Source: Octopus bimaculoides (Eukaryota). From it: a DNA stretch of 64,000 nucleotides. Below, in pieces: positions 13,801-25,300 of this stretch. The DNA lies in NCBI RefSeq assembly GCF_001194135.2, contig NC_068981.1, positions 35,519,358 through 35,583,357 of the forward strand, written 5' to 3'. Made by a program: the position numbers and the translations under genes. Each line of letters starts with the position of its first letter. Position 1 is the first letter of the stretch. Under the pieces are notes generated by a model. The model was given only the letters and a program-made list of their open reading frames with translations. It was not told where the DNA came from and did not search any database.

Positions 13801-16800
13801 GTTCAGATTGTTTCCAGAAAAATGCTATCAGAGCATTCCAGAAGTTGTAGGTAGATTTCAAAATGATTTTGTTTGAGGAATTTTGGTAGCTGTTTTGAGA
13901 CCTATATTGTACAAATTTCATCATCAGAGGCATGTCTTTTGCAGATGACTTCATAAGTAGAGCCATTGCTAATTTCCATATTATTTGTTACTTCATCAAT
14001 AGTCACCTGTTTGTTTAGCAGGATTATGTCACAAACTACTCAGTCATTGTTGTCCTCACTACATGACATGTTCTGCTGTCTAACTCTTTCTTTATGTGTG
14101 GCACTTATGTGAACATTTCTTAATTTTTTAAATCTATTCTTAGACAGTCTATAGCAATAAGATACTGTTCTTAAAATCATTGGTGGATTTTGGCCCCTGA
14201 TTTATATTCTGCCTGTACAAAATGGATTACTGAACATGGTTTTTCTTTGCAGTAAAGCGAAAGGAAGTGGCTATGATTTACATAACAACAACTTAATTTA
14301 AGTTTGCACTTTCACCTGCGACGGGTGAGAGATGCTCTTGCAGTTAATTTATTTTGCCAATCGCCCCCCCCCCAAAAAAAGAGTGTTGCAGATAATTAAT
14401 GATTAATACAACTCTTCTTTGGAGCAAATGACATCTTATTTTGTTGTATCTCAGGAGCGTCATTATGTCAATAATAAATACATGTTAACCACTTAACTAA
14501 TTGATTGTTTAATTGTTTGGCCAATCAAATCAGGTTTGCCAGAGTCCTTTTATCACAAGTCACTGTCTCATCAATGTTGTGCCATCTCTATTCCAGGCCT
14601 GCTTCATGTCTGTTAACTAGTTTAATAATAATAAAAGAAGTAGAATGTGTGTGTGTTTATTATTGGCATAATGATCGTTCCAACAAACGAGTTCATATCA
14701 GGAATCTTGCAAACCAAATACAAAATGAGATGACAATTTGACATTTCAAGTTCAAGATTGGCTGTAGTAACTAGAGAGTGACCACATGTAGCAAGGCACA
14801 TAACACTAATTTCCACAATAATAGAAAAATGAAACTAAATACAATTGCATTGCAGATAATGACTGACTTTCATATTAAAATTTATACATTTGTCACGAGA
14901 TTTTGTCTTAATATTATAGTCATTTAGATAAATTCTAAAAGATGTGTATTCTGAAAGTTCTGGTCACATTCTTAACAATGCCAGTTAGCATTTTCTCTAT
15001 CATAAAGGCATTTTTGTTCTTTTATGCACCTTTTTCTTATTTTGACAATGGACAACTGTCCAAAATGTCAATTACTCTTTTTTCACTGCATAATGCATTG
15101 ACCTTGAAAACCTGTTTGTTGTTGTTTTTATTTTATTTTTATTTTTTTATTTGTTGCTATTATCCTCCTCTTTTTATTTGGTATCACTCTAGATATGTAT
15201 TTGAAAATATGTATTTAAAAAAAGTAAAATATTGATATTTTGGTGGATAATATTATTATCAGTTCTTTTATTTTGTTTTCCTGTGATACTATTGGTTTAT
15301 TACTACATCTAAAATTTTCCTCCCTAAGTTTTCTATTTATTACATGGCAGCTCATAAACATCAAGCATTTTATCTATATTTATTTGTTTCTTCTTTTTTA
15401 TTTCCTGATGAATTCTCACTTATTAGATTAAGATCTCTTAAAACAAATTCACCCAGACAGATTTGCCCTTGTTTGCATCAGTTCTTTTGATTATTTTTGA
15501 AACATAGAAAATGAAAGGACATGTTAGTTGGATTTATTTATACAGATTTGGCAAGTGATAATCTATTTCTGCAGGAAATAGAAAGCTGTGAACAGTAATG
15601 TTCCTTTTGTTCTGTTTTGCAGATGTTCTTTTAGATAGCATTTGGAAACTAATCTGGTCTCTCTACTTCATTTCAAAAGCCTAGCACTTTATATTTGACT
15701 GTAGGAGTTTGTATTATGTATAGCCATTTGTTCCAAAGATTTTTTATAAAAATAATAAAATCACATTTTCAAGTGTTATGTAGTAATTGAAAATGTTCCT
15801 TTTGTTTTCATTATATCTGTTCAATATTGTGTAATATAGCTTAAAGGATATATTCATAAACACACGTACTTATAGTGTGTGTGTTTTAAATTTGTTTATG
15901 GGAAACATATTGATTGTGCAAATAAAGCTCCTATTTATTATGCTGGCCGCAGTCAATCAACCTTCGCAGTGGTCAGAAGAGATAAGCATCCCTCTGTTAA
16001 ACAGTCATTAATGTTATATTACCTGAAGAAATGAATCCATGATGATCAGCCTGATGCCCACGGATACTACGGACTATACTATAATTATCCCCGGAATATG
16101 ATTTAATCATGAACACACCCAAATGGTTATCTGAAACAGCTGCAGTCTATAATAAATAAATGTATATAAGTCATTATTTCTGTCTATTTTATGTACCACT
16201 CTACCAAAATATACCATCTTAACTTGGTAATGGAACCATGGATTTACAAATTTGACTGGTGACAGACTTTGATTTTGGATTACCTGGACTACAATACTGA
16301 TCACAAAACTTTTTTGTTAGCCTCATGTATTTTTATCTAAAGAGAACTTAAGAAGTATTACTAATCCCTTATCAATCTCTCTTTGTTTATATATATATAT
16401 ATACATACGCACACACTATGAGGATATTTGAACCACTTATACTGATAGTTTTATCCAAGATACCCTGGTTTAATATATATTTTGAAGAGGTATTTTTTCA
16501 ATAAATGTATTATTAAACATCAAATATGAATAAGTTTGAAAATGGAGAGATTCAATGGATATAAATTAATTTTATGAATTAATTAACATTGGCTACAATT
16601 TTTTACATTATTTACATTTGACGGATATTTATCCTCATCTTGTTTGTTGTTAACACAACATCATCATCATCTTTATCATCATCATAATTTAATGACTGTC
16701 TTCCATGATTGCTAATAACGGTGTGTTGCTAGCACACCGTATTATGTCTCGAAAGAACACAAGAATACAGTTATAACTGATAAAATGTTGGTGCCAGATT

Positions 16801-17360
16801 TAAAAATTACTCAAGTCCTGGTAGATTTCATGATTTAGTTATATGATGTATCTGTTTATTGATGTTTGGTTGTATTTTGCTTTTAGTAAAGCTTCTATAG
16901 TTACTCTATTAATTTTTTTTTTGTATAATCCAATACAAAATTGTTTTGTTACTAAGTTTTTCTGTCTTAGACATTGACCACACAAGTATGATACTTTCTC
17001 ATCAGATGACCTTGCATTTACAACAGGAAGCCATCACAATTTATTATAATACAATGTACAGAATTTAATTAGTCATGTAAACTCCTCTACAACAAAAGAC
17101 CTGCTCTACCCCTGTCTTTCATACTTTATTCCCACTTCTCAGCTCCAAACATAAAGCTCCCACTTTCAAGTTGTATGGCACCCTCACTAGTGCTAAAGGC
17201 ATGGAAAAAGCATCCAGTATATACTGTAAAGTGGTTGGCATGGAGTATTCAGATGTAGAAGTTATTTTCGAAATGGTACCATGAGTTCTTGAAGTATTTT
17301 GGGTGTTTTTGTGTCATCTGGAAATTTTCATGATTGAAATTCTTCGACTATGTATGCAAT

Positions 17361-17503
17361 GTTTAGTAAGAAGGAAAGCGGACAAATCACAAATCCCTTT
17401 GAGTAGATGGCCCTGCTGAATCTGTAGAAAAGGCCTAGATAGAAACTCCATAAGACGTACCCAGTGTAAGCTTTGGACACATAAGAAGTGCAGCAATATC
17501 AAA
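17361..17503 (+). mobile_element. RTE-clade LINE fragment (PHD-like Cys/His segment), pseudogenised
   Basis: VRRKADKSQIPLSRWPC*ICRKGLDRNSIRRTQCKLWTHKKCSNIK resembles the WPCxxCRKGVGxNSIxCxxCxxWxHKxC motif of RTE ORF2. Confidence 0.7.
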
Positions 17504-19215
17504 ACTGATGTGTGATGAGGATGATTTTATGGCTAAAACATCAGAAGACTTACTAAGAAAATGCCTTCTTTTATTCTATTGGAAGTCTTCAGGAAATTTC
17601 AGTTCCTTTTATATAGATGATGGTTTAGAGGTTTCCTGGTTCTTTTGAGTTAGGAACAGTACTTCCATTGATACCTCCAGTATTGTGTGTATGTAGTCCC
17701 AGGCATCAAAGAACCTTACATTCGGATTGCTTTGCTTTATGTATTTCTGTCACTAATCTCTCTGGCTAGCTCAGATGTGGAACCCTAGTCAATAAAGGCA
17801 TGAATTCTTACCTGGTACTCACATTTGTGGTGAAATGATAATCACTGCAGTTGTGTTTTAAAATGACTATCTTTTATGTATTAAAATAAATGGTATAAAA
17901 TCTTAGACTAGAACCAGCCACCTATGTTTCTGTGCCAATCTTTTTTATAAGTTTCTCAATTGGCTGACTTTACACTGGACTCACAAAACCGCATATCAGC
18001 TTGCCTTTCTCTCTGTGCCTAATTTTGTAAATATAGGTGTTTGCAATAAGCAGTAGAATCCAGGCCCTTTGATTCACTAACAAAGCTAAGGTTACACACA
18101 CACACACACACACACACATGCACGCACGCACACGCGGAGGAGGAGGAGGAGCTAAAAAATTATGTTTATTTGCGTGCTATGCTATGAGCAGCAAGTCCGT
18201 TATTTTGATTGAAATTTTTCAGTTTTGATTAGTGATCCTAGCATATTTATTTCAAGATTAAGTGTAGTTTGGGTACTTAAAATCTCTATAGAAACTTAGT
18301 TGCTAAGTGTTTAATGTTTTGGAATAATATTCCTGGTCAGGTCAGTATAGATATTATCAAACTTCTTATATGTGTATTACAAGTTTTAGTTCTTAACTAG
18401 AGAAAAATATCATTCTTGTTAAGTGGTTGGTGGCAGGGAGTACATTTTAGCATTAACAAAAAAAAAAAACCGAAACAAAACAATTATCTGCCAAAATGTA
18501 CCAAATAATCTTACTTGACCAAAAGCTATCGAGATATTTGCAAAGGAAGCATATTTAACAGATTAGTGATAATAAAAAGCTGTTTTGGTATTAGCGGTAG
18601 ATCAGACCACTTGTGTTTCTAGTTTTAAACTGCTAAAACATTTTTTAACATCTGCTCAATGTCATCCCTTTGTGACAAATGATGTAGAGTGGTTGTTGCT
18701 GTAGTGTTGTCCTAGGTTGACCCTGGTTAAAAACACCTATGACAAGAGCCATTCCAAGCATGACCATCCCATCTTTCCCTCACTTGTGTTGATTTCATCT
18801 TACTTAAATTGAGCACAAGGTCTGAAATGTATAGGTGAAAGGTAGTAGTTAATTAAATAGATGTTCTAACTGGAACTTACCTTATCTCTTCCCATAGGGA
18901 TGAAAGTCAACCCCAGCAGGATTCTTTTTAGAGCCTACACTGAATGCCATAAGGTCTGACGTTCTAATGGTCCTGCCTTTCACGACCTTGGCTACTGCTG
19001 GTAACAATGATAATCCTTTCCACTATAGCACAAGGCCTGAAATTGTAGGAGAGGGGGCTAGTTGATTACATTGACCCCAGAGCTGAGCTGGTGCTTATTT
19101 TATTGACTCTGAAAGGATGAAAGGTGGAATTTGAACTCAACACTGCTAAGCATTTTTCCCAGCATGCTAACAATTTTGCCAAGCTCGCTGCCTTTAATAA
19201 TAATAATAATAATAA

Positions 19216-19451
19216 TAAAATACACCATTTCGAGCGTGGCCGTTGCCAGTACCTCCTGACTGGCCTTCGTGCTGGTGGCACGTAAAAGCACCCACTACAC
19301 TCTCGGAGTGGTTGGCATTAGGAAGGGCATCCAGCTGTAGGAACTCTGCCAAATCAGATTGGAGCCTGGTGTAGCCATCTGGTTCACCAGTCCTCAGTCA
19401 AATCGTCCAACCCATGCTAGCATGGAAAGCGGACATTAAATGACGATGATG
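19216..19451 (+). mobile_element. Family A copy, opposite orientation
   Basis: ...GGTTGGCATTAGGAAGGGCATCCAGC...GGAAAGCGGACATTAAATGACGATGATG. Confidence 0.85.
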
Positions 19452-19929
19452 AATAAATTTGGAAAAGAAAAAGAAGAGATCAATAAAATCGATCCTTCAC
19501 ATATTGGAGAGAAAAATTTTGTTTGAATCAAAGAATTGAAGTAATATGATTTATAATATAATTCAGGAAACGGCTGTACAGTTACTCTTTGAAAATTACT
19601 GATTGTGGAACAAATTTTGTGTAATGTTTCTCAAGTTAAAAGCTAATTTGTAGAAAGAGTATTAGCATAAAGAATGTAACCTTTTAATTATAGAACTAAC
19701 TGAAATGATTGCTAGTTTAGCAAGTACTTCTTTTTTTTGGTATTATTATTTTGAAAACAATAATTAATGCTTAGTTGATATGGATGAATGAATCTCTTCA
19801 TGGCTTCAATAAAAAAGGGTTGTGCAATCACTGGAACCATATACTAATTTGTATGATAGTGCAAGTGGCTGAATATTCCACAAATATTTGTTGCCTTAAT
19901 TTAATCTCTATGCAGATATAGACACACAC

Positions 19930-20295
19930 ATGGCTGTGTGGTTAAGAAGCTTACTTTGCAACTATGTGGTTTAGGGTTCAGTCCCACAGTTCAGCACCTT
20001 GGGAAAGTGTCTTCTACCATATGCCCAGGCTAATCAATGCCTTGTGAAGGAACTTGGTAGATAGAAACTGTAGGGAGGCCCATTGTATATATGCATGTGT
20101 TGTGTGTGTGTTTGTCTCCACCCCACTGCTTAACAACCAGTGTTGGTTTGTTTATGTCCCCTTAGCTTAGCAGTTCAGCTAAAGAAACAGAATAGGTACC
20201 AAAACTAAGTACAGAGATCAGTTTGTTTGACTAAACCTGTCAAATTGGTGCCCCAGCATGGCCGCAGTTCAATGAGTGAAACAAGTAAAAAGATA
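19930..20295 (+). mobile_element. Near full-length family B copy
   Basis: Head, central microsatellite and 3' consensus present; other copies at about 7125-7372, 9395-9695, 29790-30180(-), 38875-39225(-), 44596-44770, 48914-49140. Confidence 0.8.
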
Positions 20296-21033
20296 AAAAA
20301 CAAGAAATAGATAGTGTGATGAGTGTGGGCCTTTGGATTATACACACAACCCATTTGATAGTCATCTTCTCAGCTTCAGTCAACTCACTTTCACTCAGAA
20401 AGTTTAGCTCAACTGAGATTATGGAAGAAGATACTTAAGCTATCACACAATGGGATCAAACTGGAAACCTCGTGATTGAAAATAAATATCTTCAACACTG
20501 GGTCATTTGCTGTTTGATATATTTTGTTGTGGTCAGCATGACTGAGTACAGTTAACTGCTCAGTGAACAGTTCACTTTTTTCTAGCCATAGTGTACCCTG
20601 AACTACATTATCAAATGTATCCTTCTCTTTTTTATTAAGATGATGAGATGGGAGTTGATAGATATTTGGCTGCTCTTTCTAGTAAATTGTGTGGCCATGT
20701 ATGCATTGACTTACATGTACATTTCACAATCATGTATATTTTGTCACTGGTTTAAATATATTTCCTGTCATTAATGACACACAATGGCCATGTAATAAAG
20801 TGGTCGACTAATTTCATGGTCATAAGTTCAGGCAGGACATCAGCCATTGTGTTGTATTGCCGAGTAAGGCACCTAACTTTGCTTGTTCCAATTCGCTTGA
20901 CTTTCCTGTACCACGGTTGTTTGACGAACTGTAAGAAAGTTGTCCAGCTATAAAAAATAATTGCTCTGACATAAGGTCGCCCACACACTGATAGAAAACA
21001 ATGTAAATTACTTATTAATATTTCCTCTCCCTG

Positions 21034-21480
21034 AAGGCAGCAAACTAGCGGAATCGATAGCACACAGGACAAAATGCTTAGTAGCATTTCTTCTGCCTTT
21101 ATATCCTGAGTTCAAATTACATTGAGGTTGACTTTGCCTTTTATCTTTTCAGGGTCTATAAAATAAGTACCAGTTTAGTGCTGGGGTTGATGTAATCGAC
21201 TTACCCACTTCCCCGTAATTGCTGGCCTTGTGCCAAAATTTAAAATTAATATTTCCTCCTAAGGCAGTGAGCTTGCAGAATCATTAGCATACTGGGTGGA
21301 ACATTTAATCACATTTCGTCTGTCTTTATCTTCTGAGTTCAAATTCTGCCAAGATTGACTTTGCCTTTCATTCCTTTCAGGGTCAATAAAATAAGTACCA
21401 GTTGGAAACTGGGGTCAATGTAACTGACTTAACTATCCCTTGAAATTGCTGGCCTTGTGCCAAAATTTGAAACCAGTATT
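21034..21480 (+). mobile_element. Two tandem SINE-like family C copies
   Basis: GGCAG..AGCT.GCAGAATC...CTGAGTTCAAATT...GACTTTGCCTTT...CTGGCCTTGTGCCAAAATTTGAAAC twice; others at about 19020-19190(-), 32235-32420, 52875-53045, 58300-58495(-). Confidence 0.8.
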
Positions 21481-21714
21481 TCCTTCACCTGTCAGTGAGG
21501 ATGTAATGGATTTTTAAAAAATGTTTTATGAATCATATTTTATAACTAGATGCCTTGCTTAATTTTTACCTTTCAGCTATAAAATAAAGACAAAATCTCT
21601 CATGTATTTGGCAAACTGAAGCAAACCTTAAAGGACACAATACAGTTATGTAGCTAAGTTTGAACTTCTTGATAATTTAGTTGGCAATCCAAAGTATTAA
21701 GTTCCCAGCTCTAA

Positions 21715-21752
<38 letters not shown>

Positions 21753-21847
21753 GCACACAGATACAAGCATATTTTGGTTTTTTTCTTCTGATTTTAATAA
21801 AAATGCATTAAAAAATTTTTCAAATGATTTTTCTCTCTTTTTTTTAG

Positions 21848-22275
21848 GATGATACATCTGGATTATCATGGAGAGAAGAACGAGAATTAAAACGGGCTTT
21901 GTACGCGTCTCTGCAAGAAAGTCGGCGTCAAAACCGCCAGCAGCACGAGCAGTGGCAAAACCAGAAGGAAAGTCCTGTTTTGTCAACTGCCAACAGAAAA
22001 ACTAACCAAAGCAGTGGTAGAAGTAGTTGTAACAACAACAGTTACCTTGATTGCAACAGATCGGCATCAGCAGTGCCAGTCTTAACCAACTCTACTTGCA
22101 ATAATTATTCATCTTCTCCTTCATTCTGTCAGTCTATTCAGAGCAGTAACTCCTCTACAACATCGGCTGTTAGGAGTACTGTTGTCGATGAGAACAGCAG
22201 AGACTCGATGAAGCCTCTCCATGCAGTTGGGACCCATATAAGGTCAGCCAACTTGGCAGCGACAGATATCAAGAG
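21848..22275 (+). CDS. JARID2: JARID2 visible coding exon 1 (UIM-like motif plus S/N/Q-rich tract)
   Basis: tttttag|GAT GAT ACA ... AAG AG|gtcagt. [25 protein letters not shown] resembles the recalled human [25 protein letters not shown]. Starts phase 0, ends phase 2. Confidence 0.9.
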
Positions 22276-22290
22276 GTCAGTTGGTTTTAG

Positions 22291-22337
<47 letters not shown>

Positions 22338-25300
22338 TCTATTGTTTTTTTTTTGTTATCATTTTCCTGATTTGTATGTTGATGGAAGGTGTATGTGAAG
22401 GCACATGGCTCAGTGGTTAGAGCTTTGGGCTTATAATTATGAGGTTATGAGTTAGATTTCTGGACCAGGCTGTGTGTTGTGTTATTGAGCAAGACACTTT
22501 ATTTCATGTTGCTCCGGTTCACTCATCTGCAGAAATGAGTTGCAATGTCACTGGTGCCAAATTGTATTGACCTTTATTTTTCCCCTGGACAACATCAGTG
22601 GCATGAAGAGGGGTGATTGGTATGCATGGGTGGCTGATGGTCTTCCGCTAACAACCCTTGTAGGGGAACTTTCTAAGTGCAATCTCATGGTCATTTGTGA
22701 TTGAAGGGGGTCTTTACCCATTACTCTTTATGTTGATGGAGGAGGAATGCTAAGTATGTGAGACTGAATACTTTGGTGCAGAACCTCCATCAGTCAAGAT
22801 TGACCAGGCATCTGCATACATCTATGTTTGTCTTGGCAAGATTTTGAACTGAAGACTAGCAGTTGCCTAAGCATCCAAGTCCCCTCTCTCCACACCACTG
22901 ATGTTTATCTTTAGGAAAGTCTGCTGACTTGGGCTGATTTTGCTTGGCACCAATCTCAATGTAGAAGAGCTGGAACAGTTACTTTAACCCTTTAGCATTT
23001 AAATTGGCCATATCGTCGTCGTCGTTTAACGTCCGCTTTACATGCTACCATGGGTTGGATGATTTGACTGAGGACTGGTGAAACCAGATGGCTACACCAG
23101 GCTCCAATCTGATTTGGCAGAGTTTCTACAACTGGATGCCCTTCCTAACGCCAACCACTCAGAGAGTGTAGTGGTTGCTTTTACGTGTCACCCGCACGAA
23201 GGCCAGTCAGGCGGTACTGGCAACGGCCAAATATTCTATTTGTTCTATGTTCAAACCAATCAGATCTAATCTTTCACACCTACTCTACAATGTCATTCTA
23301 AAGATAACAATCATATCAAAATCTTTAAGCTACAAGATTAATTGATTAAAACTAATGTGAATAAATAAGAATTGCATTTGATGGAGTAATCTGAATGTGA
23401 AAGGGTTAACTCTCCAACTTCCTAACAGTTTCACCTATCCACTGCCCTGGATTAATACTTATTTCTAATCTTGGAAGGAAGAAATAGAAAGTTGATCAGT
23501 TAGATTTTAACTCAGAATACAGAGAATCGCTACATATGCCATGGAGCATTCTATCCAACATTTTATATTTCAAGTTAACATCATTTTCCTTTGAGAGTTT
23601 TTTTTCCTTTTCAACACTTTGTAATTGATGAAATAAAATACCAGTCATATGCTGAGGTCAATTCAATCACCTTGTACCCTGTTCCATATAAATTTTGTGA
23701 TTTTCTGCTAATATTAGAAATCAATATTCTTGTATGTATGTATGTATGTGTATGTGTGTGTATAATGCTTTAGATTAAGTCCCTTCTATGAGTTACTTTC
23801 ATTTTTTGCTTAAAACTAATTCATTTCATTCTCGTGGAACTGATAGAAAATGTTAAGACAACCTCATCCCTTTACGTCTGTGATATTATATCAAATGAAA
23901 AATAAACATTTTCTTGATTTATCCCTTGATGTTGAGCATTGTAGAGTATAAATAAACCACAAAAAACCCAAGTCGATGATCTGGTTTTGTTTTCAGAGAT
24001 GAAACCATTTTATTTCTACTTATATTGCTAACACACTTGAGAAAGGCATCTGCACCACACAGTCTTATTTCTCCTCCTTTCTGAATTTAAAATTTTGTAC
24101 TCTTGTAAGCAATTCAAGTTTATGTTTGCTGCAATCTAGAAAACTCTGCTTTCACACTAAATTGTATAATGTGGATTTTTATTTTGTATTTTTCAGGACT
24201 AAAATTCATGCACAAAGAAAATTTGCTCAGTGCTCACTTCCTTCTACTCCAATTTCAACTCCAAATAAAAGCAAAATGTCTCCCCTTTGTTTGCCAAAAA
24301 GAGCTAAAACAGAAGATTTCCTTACTTTTTTATGTTTAAGAGGTAAGATTATGATCAGTTAACTTCTGGTCTATTAAATGCCTTGAAATTTGCAATGTTT
24401 GATATATTCATTTTAATAGTAATTAATTAATTAATTGATTGATTGAGGGTTCATTATATGCATTTCAGGTAGTTCTGTCTTGCCATCTCATCTGGATTTT
24501 TTCAACTATTCAAGTAAAGATTCTGCCTCAGTCTCCGGTGGAGAGAATAGCCGTCCCCAAACACCAGCCAGTGTCAACTATAAGCATCATATCAGTTCAT
24601 CGCGTGCACAGACACGTGAGAGCTCTCCTCTTTCTACTGCAACAAGTACAAGTAGTAATGATGATGTTACTGATGTAATGTCATCTTTCCATGTAAGTAT
24701 TACACTGAAAAGGCTCAAAACATTTTTTATTGTTTATTTTCTTTTTGTTCTTTTTTGTAATCACCCGTTCAAAATCCAGTGTAAAAAACTTAGATGTATG
24801 GGGCTTGTGAATCCCATTTTTGTTGTTTTCATATTTTTCCTCTTTATACACAGCTTACTATTCATAACTGTTATTAGGTATTAGGTTTCAGTTAAATCAA
24901 TTGATACACAATATTGGGAATTCTTCTTTGAAATACGATTTCTTCTAGGATTGTATGATGTGGTAAGACAGTGTGCTTCAGAGCCTAATCTTAGTTGTCT
25001 TGTTGCAGCCAGTGTATACGTTCTCTTCTGATTGGAGAGAAATGTGCATGATTTGATGTGTAATGGAGAGCTACACCAAGTTCTAAATTTGATTTGGCTT
25101 GGTTTCTGTGGTTGGATGCCCTTCCTAACACCAACCGGACTACAGTATGTATGATGCCACATTAAAATGTGGTATCATACAAGCTCTAACATGTGGCACT
25201 GGCACAAGTGCTTTTTACATGGCAATGGCACACAGCTCTTGTAGGCCAATCTTATTCATTAAGGGGAGTGGCCTTAATGCTTCTGCTGTGGAGGATGGGT

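Noticed and set aside
22396-22470. tRNA-like sequence with A and B boxes
   Set aside because: It is the head of SINE-like family D: degenerate B box, no clean cloverleaf, and it continues into the repeat body.
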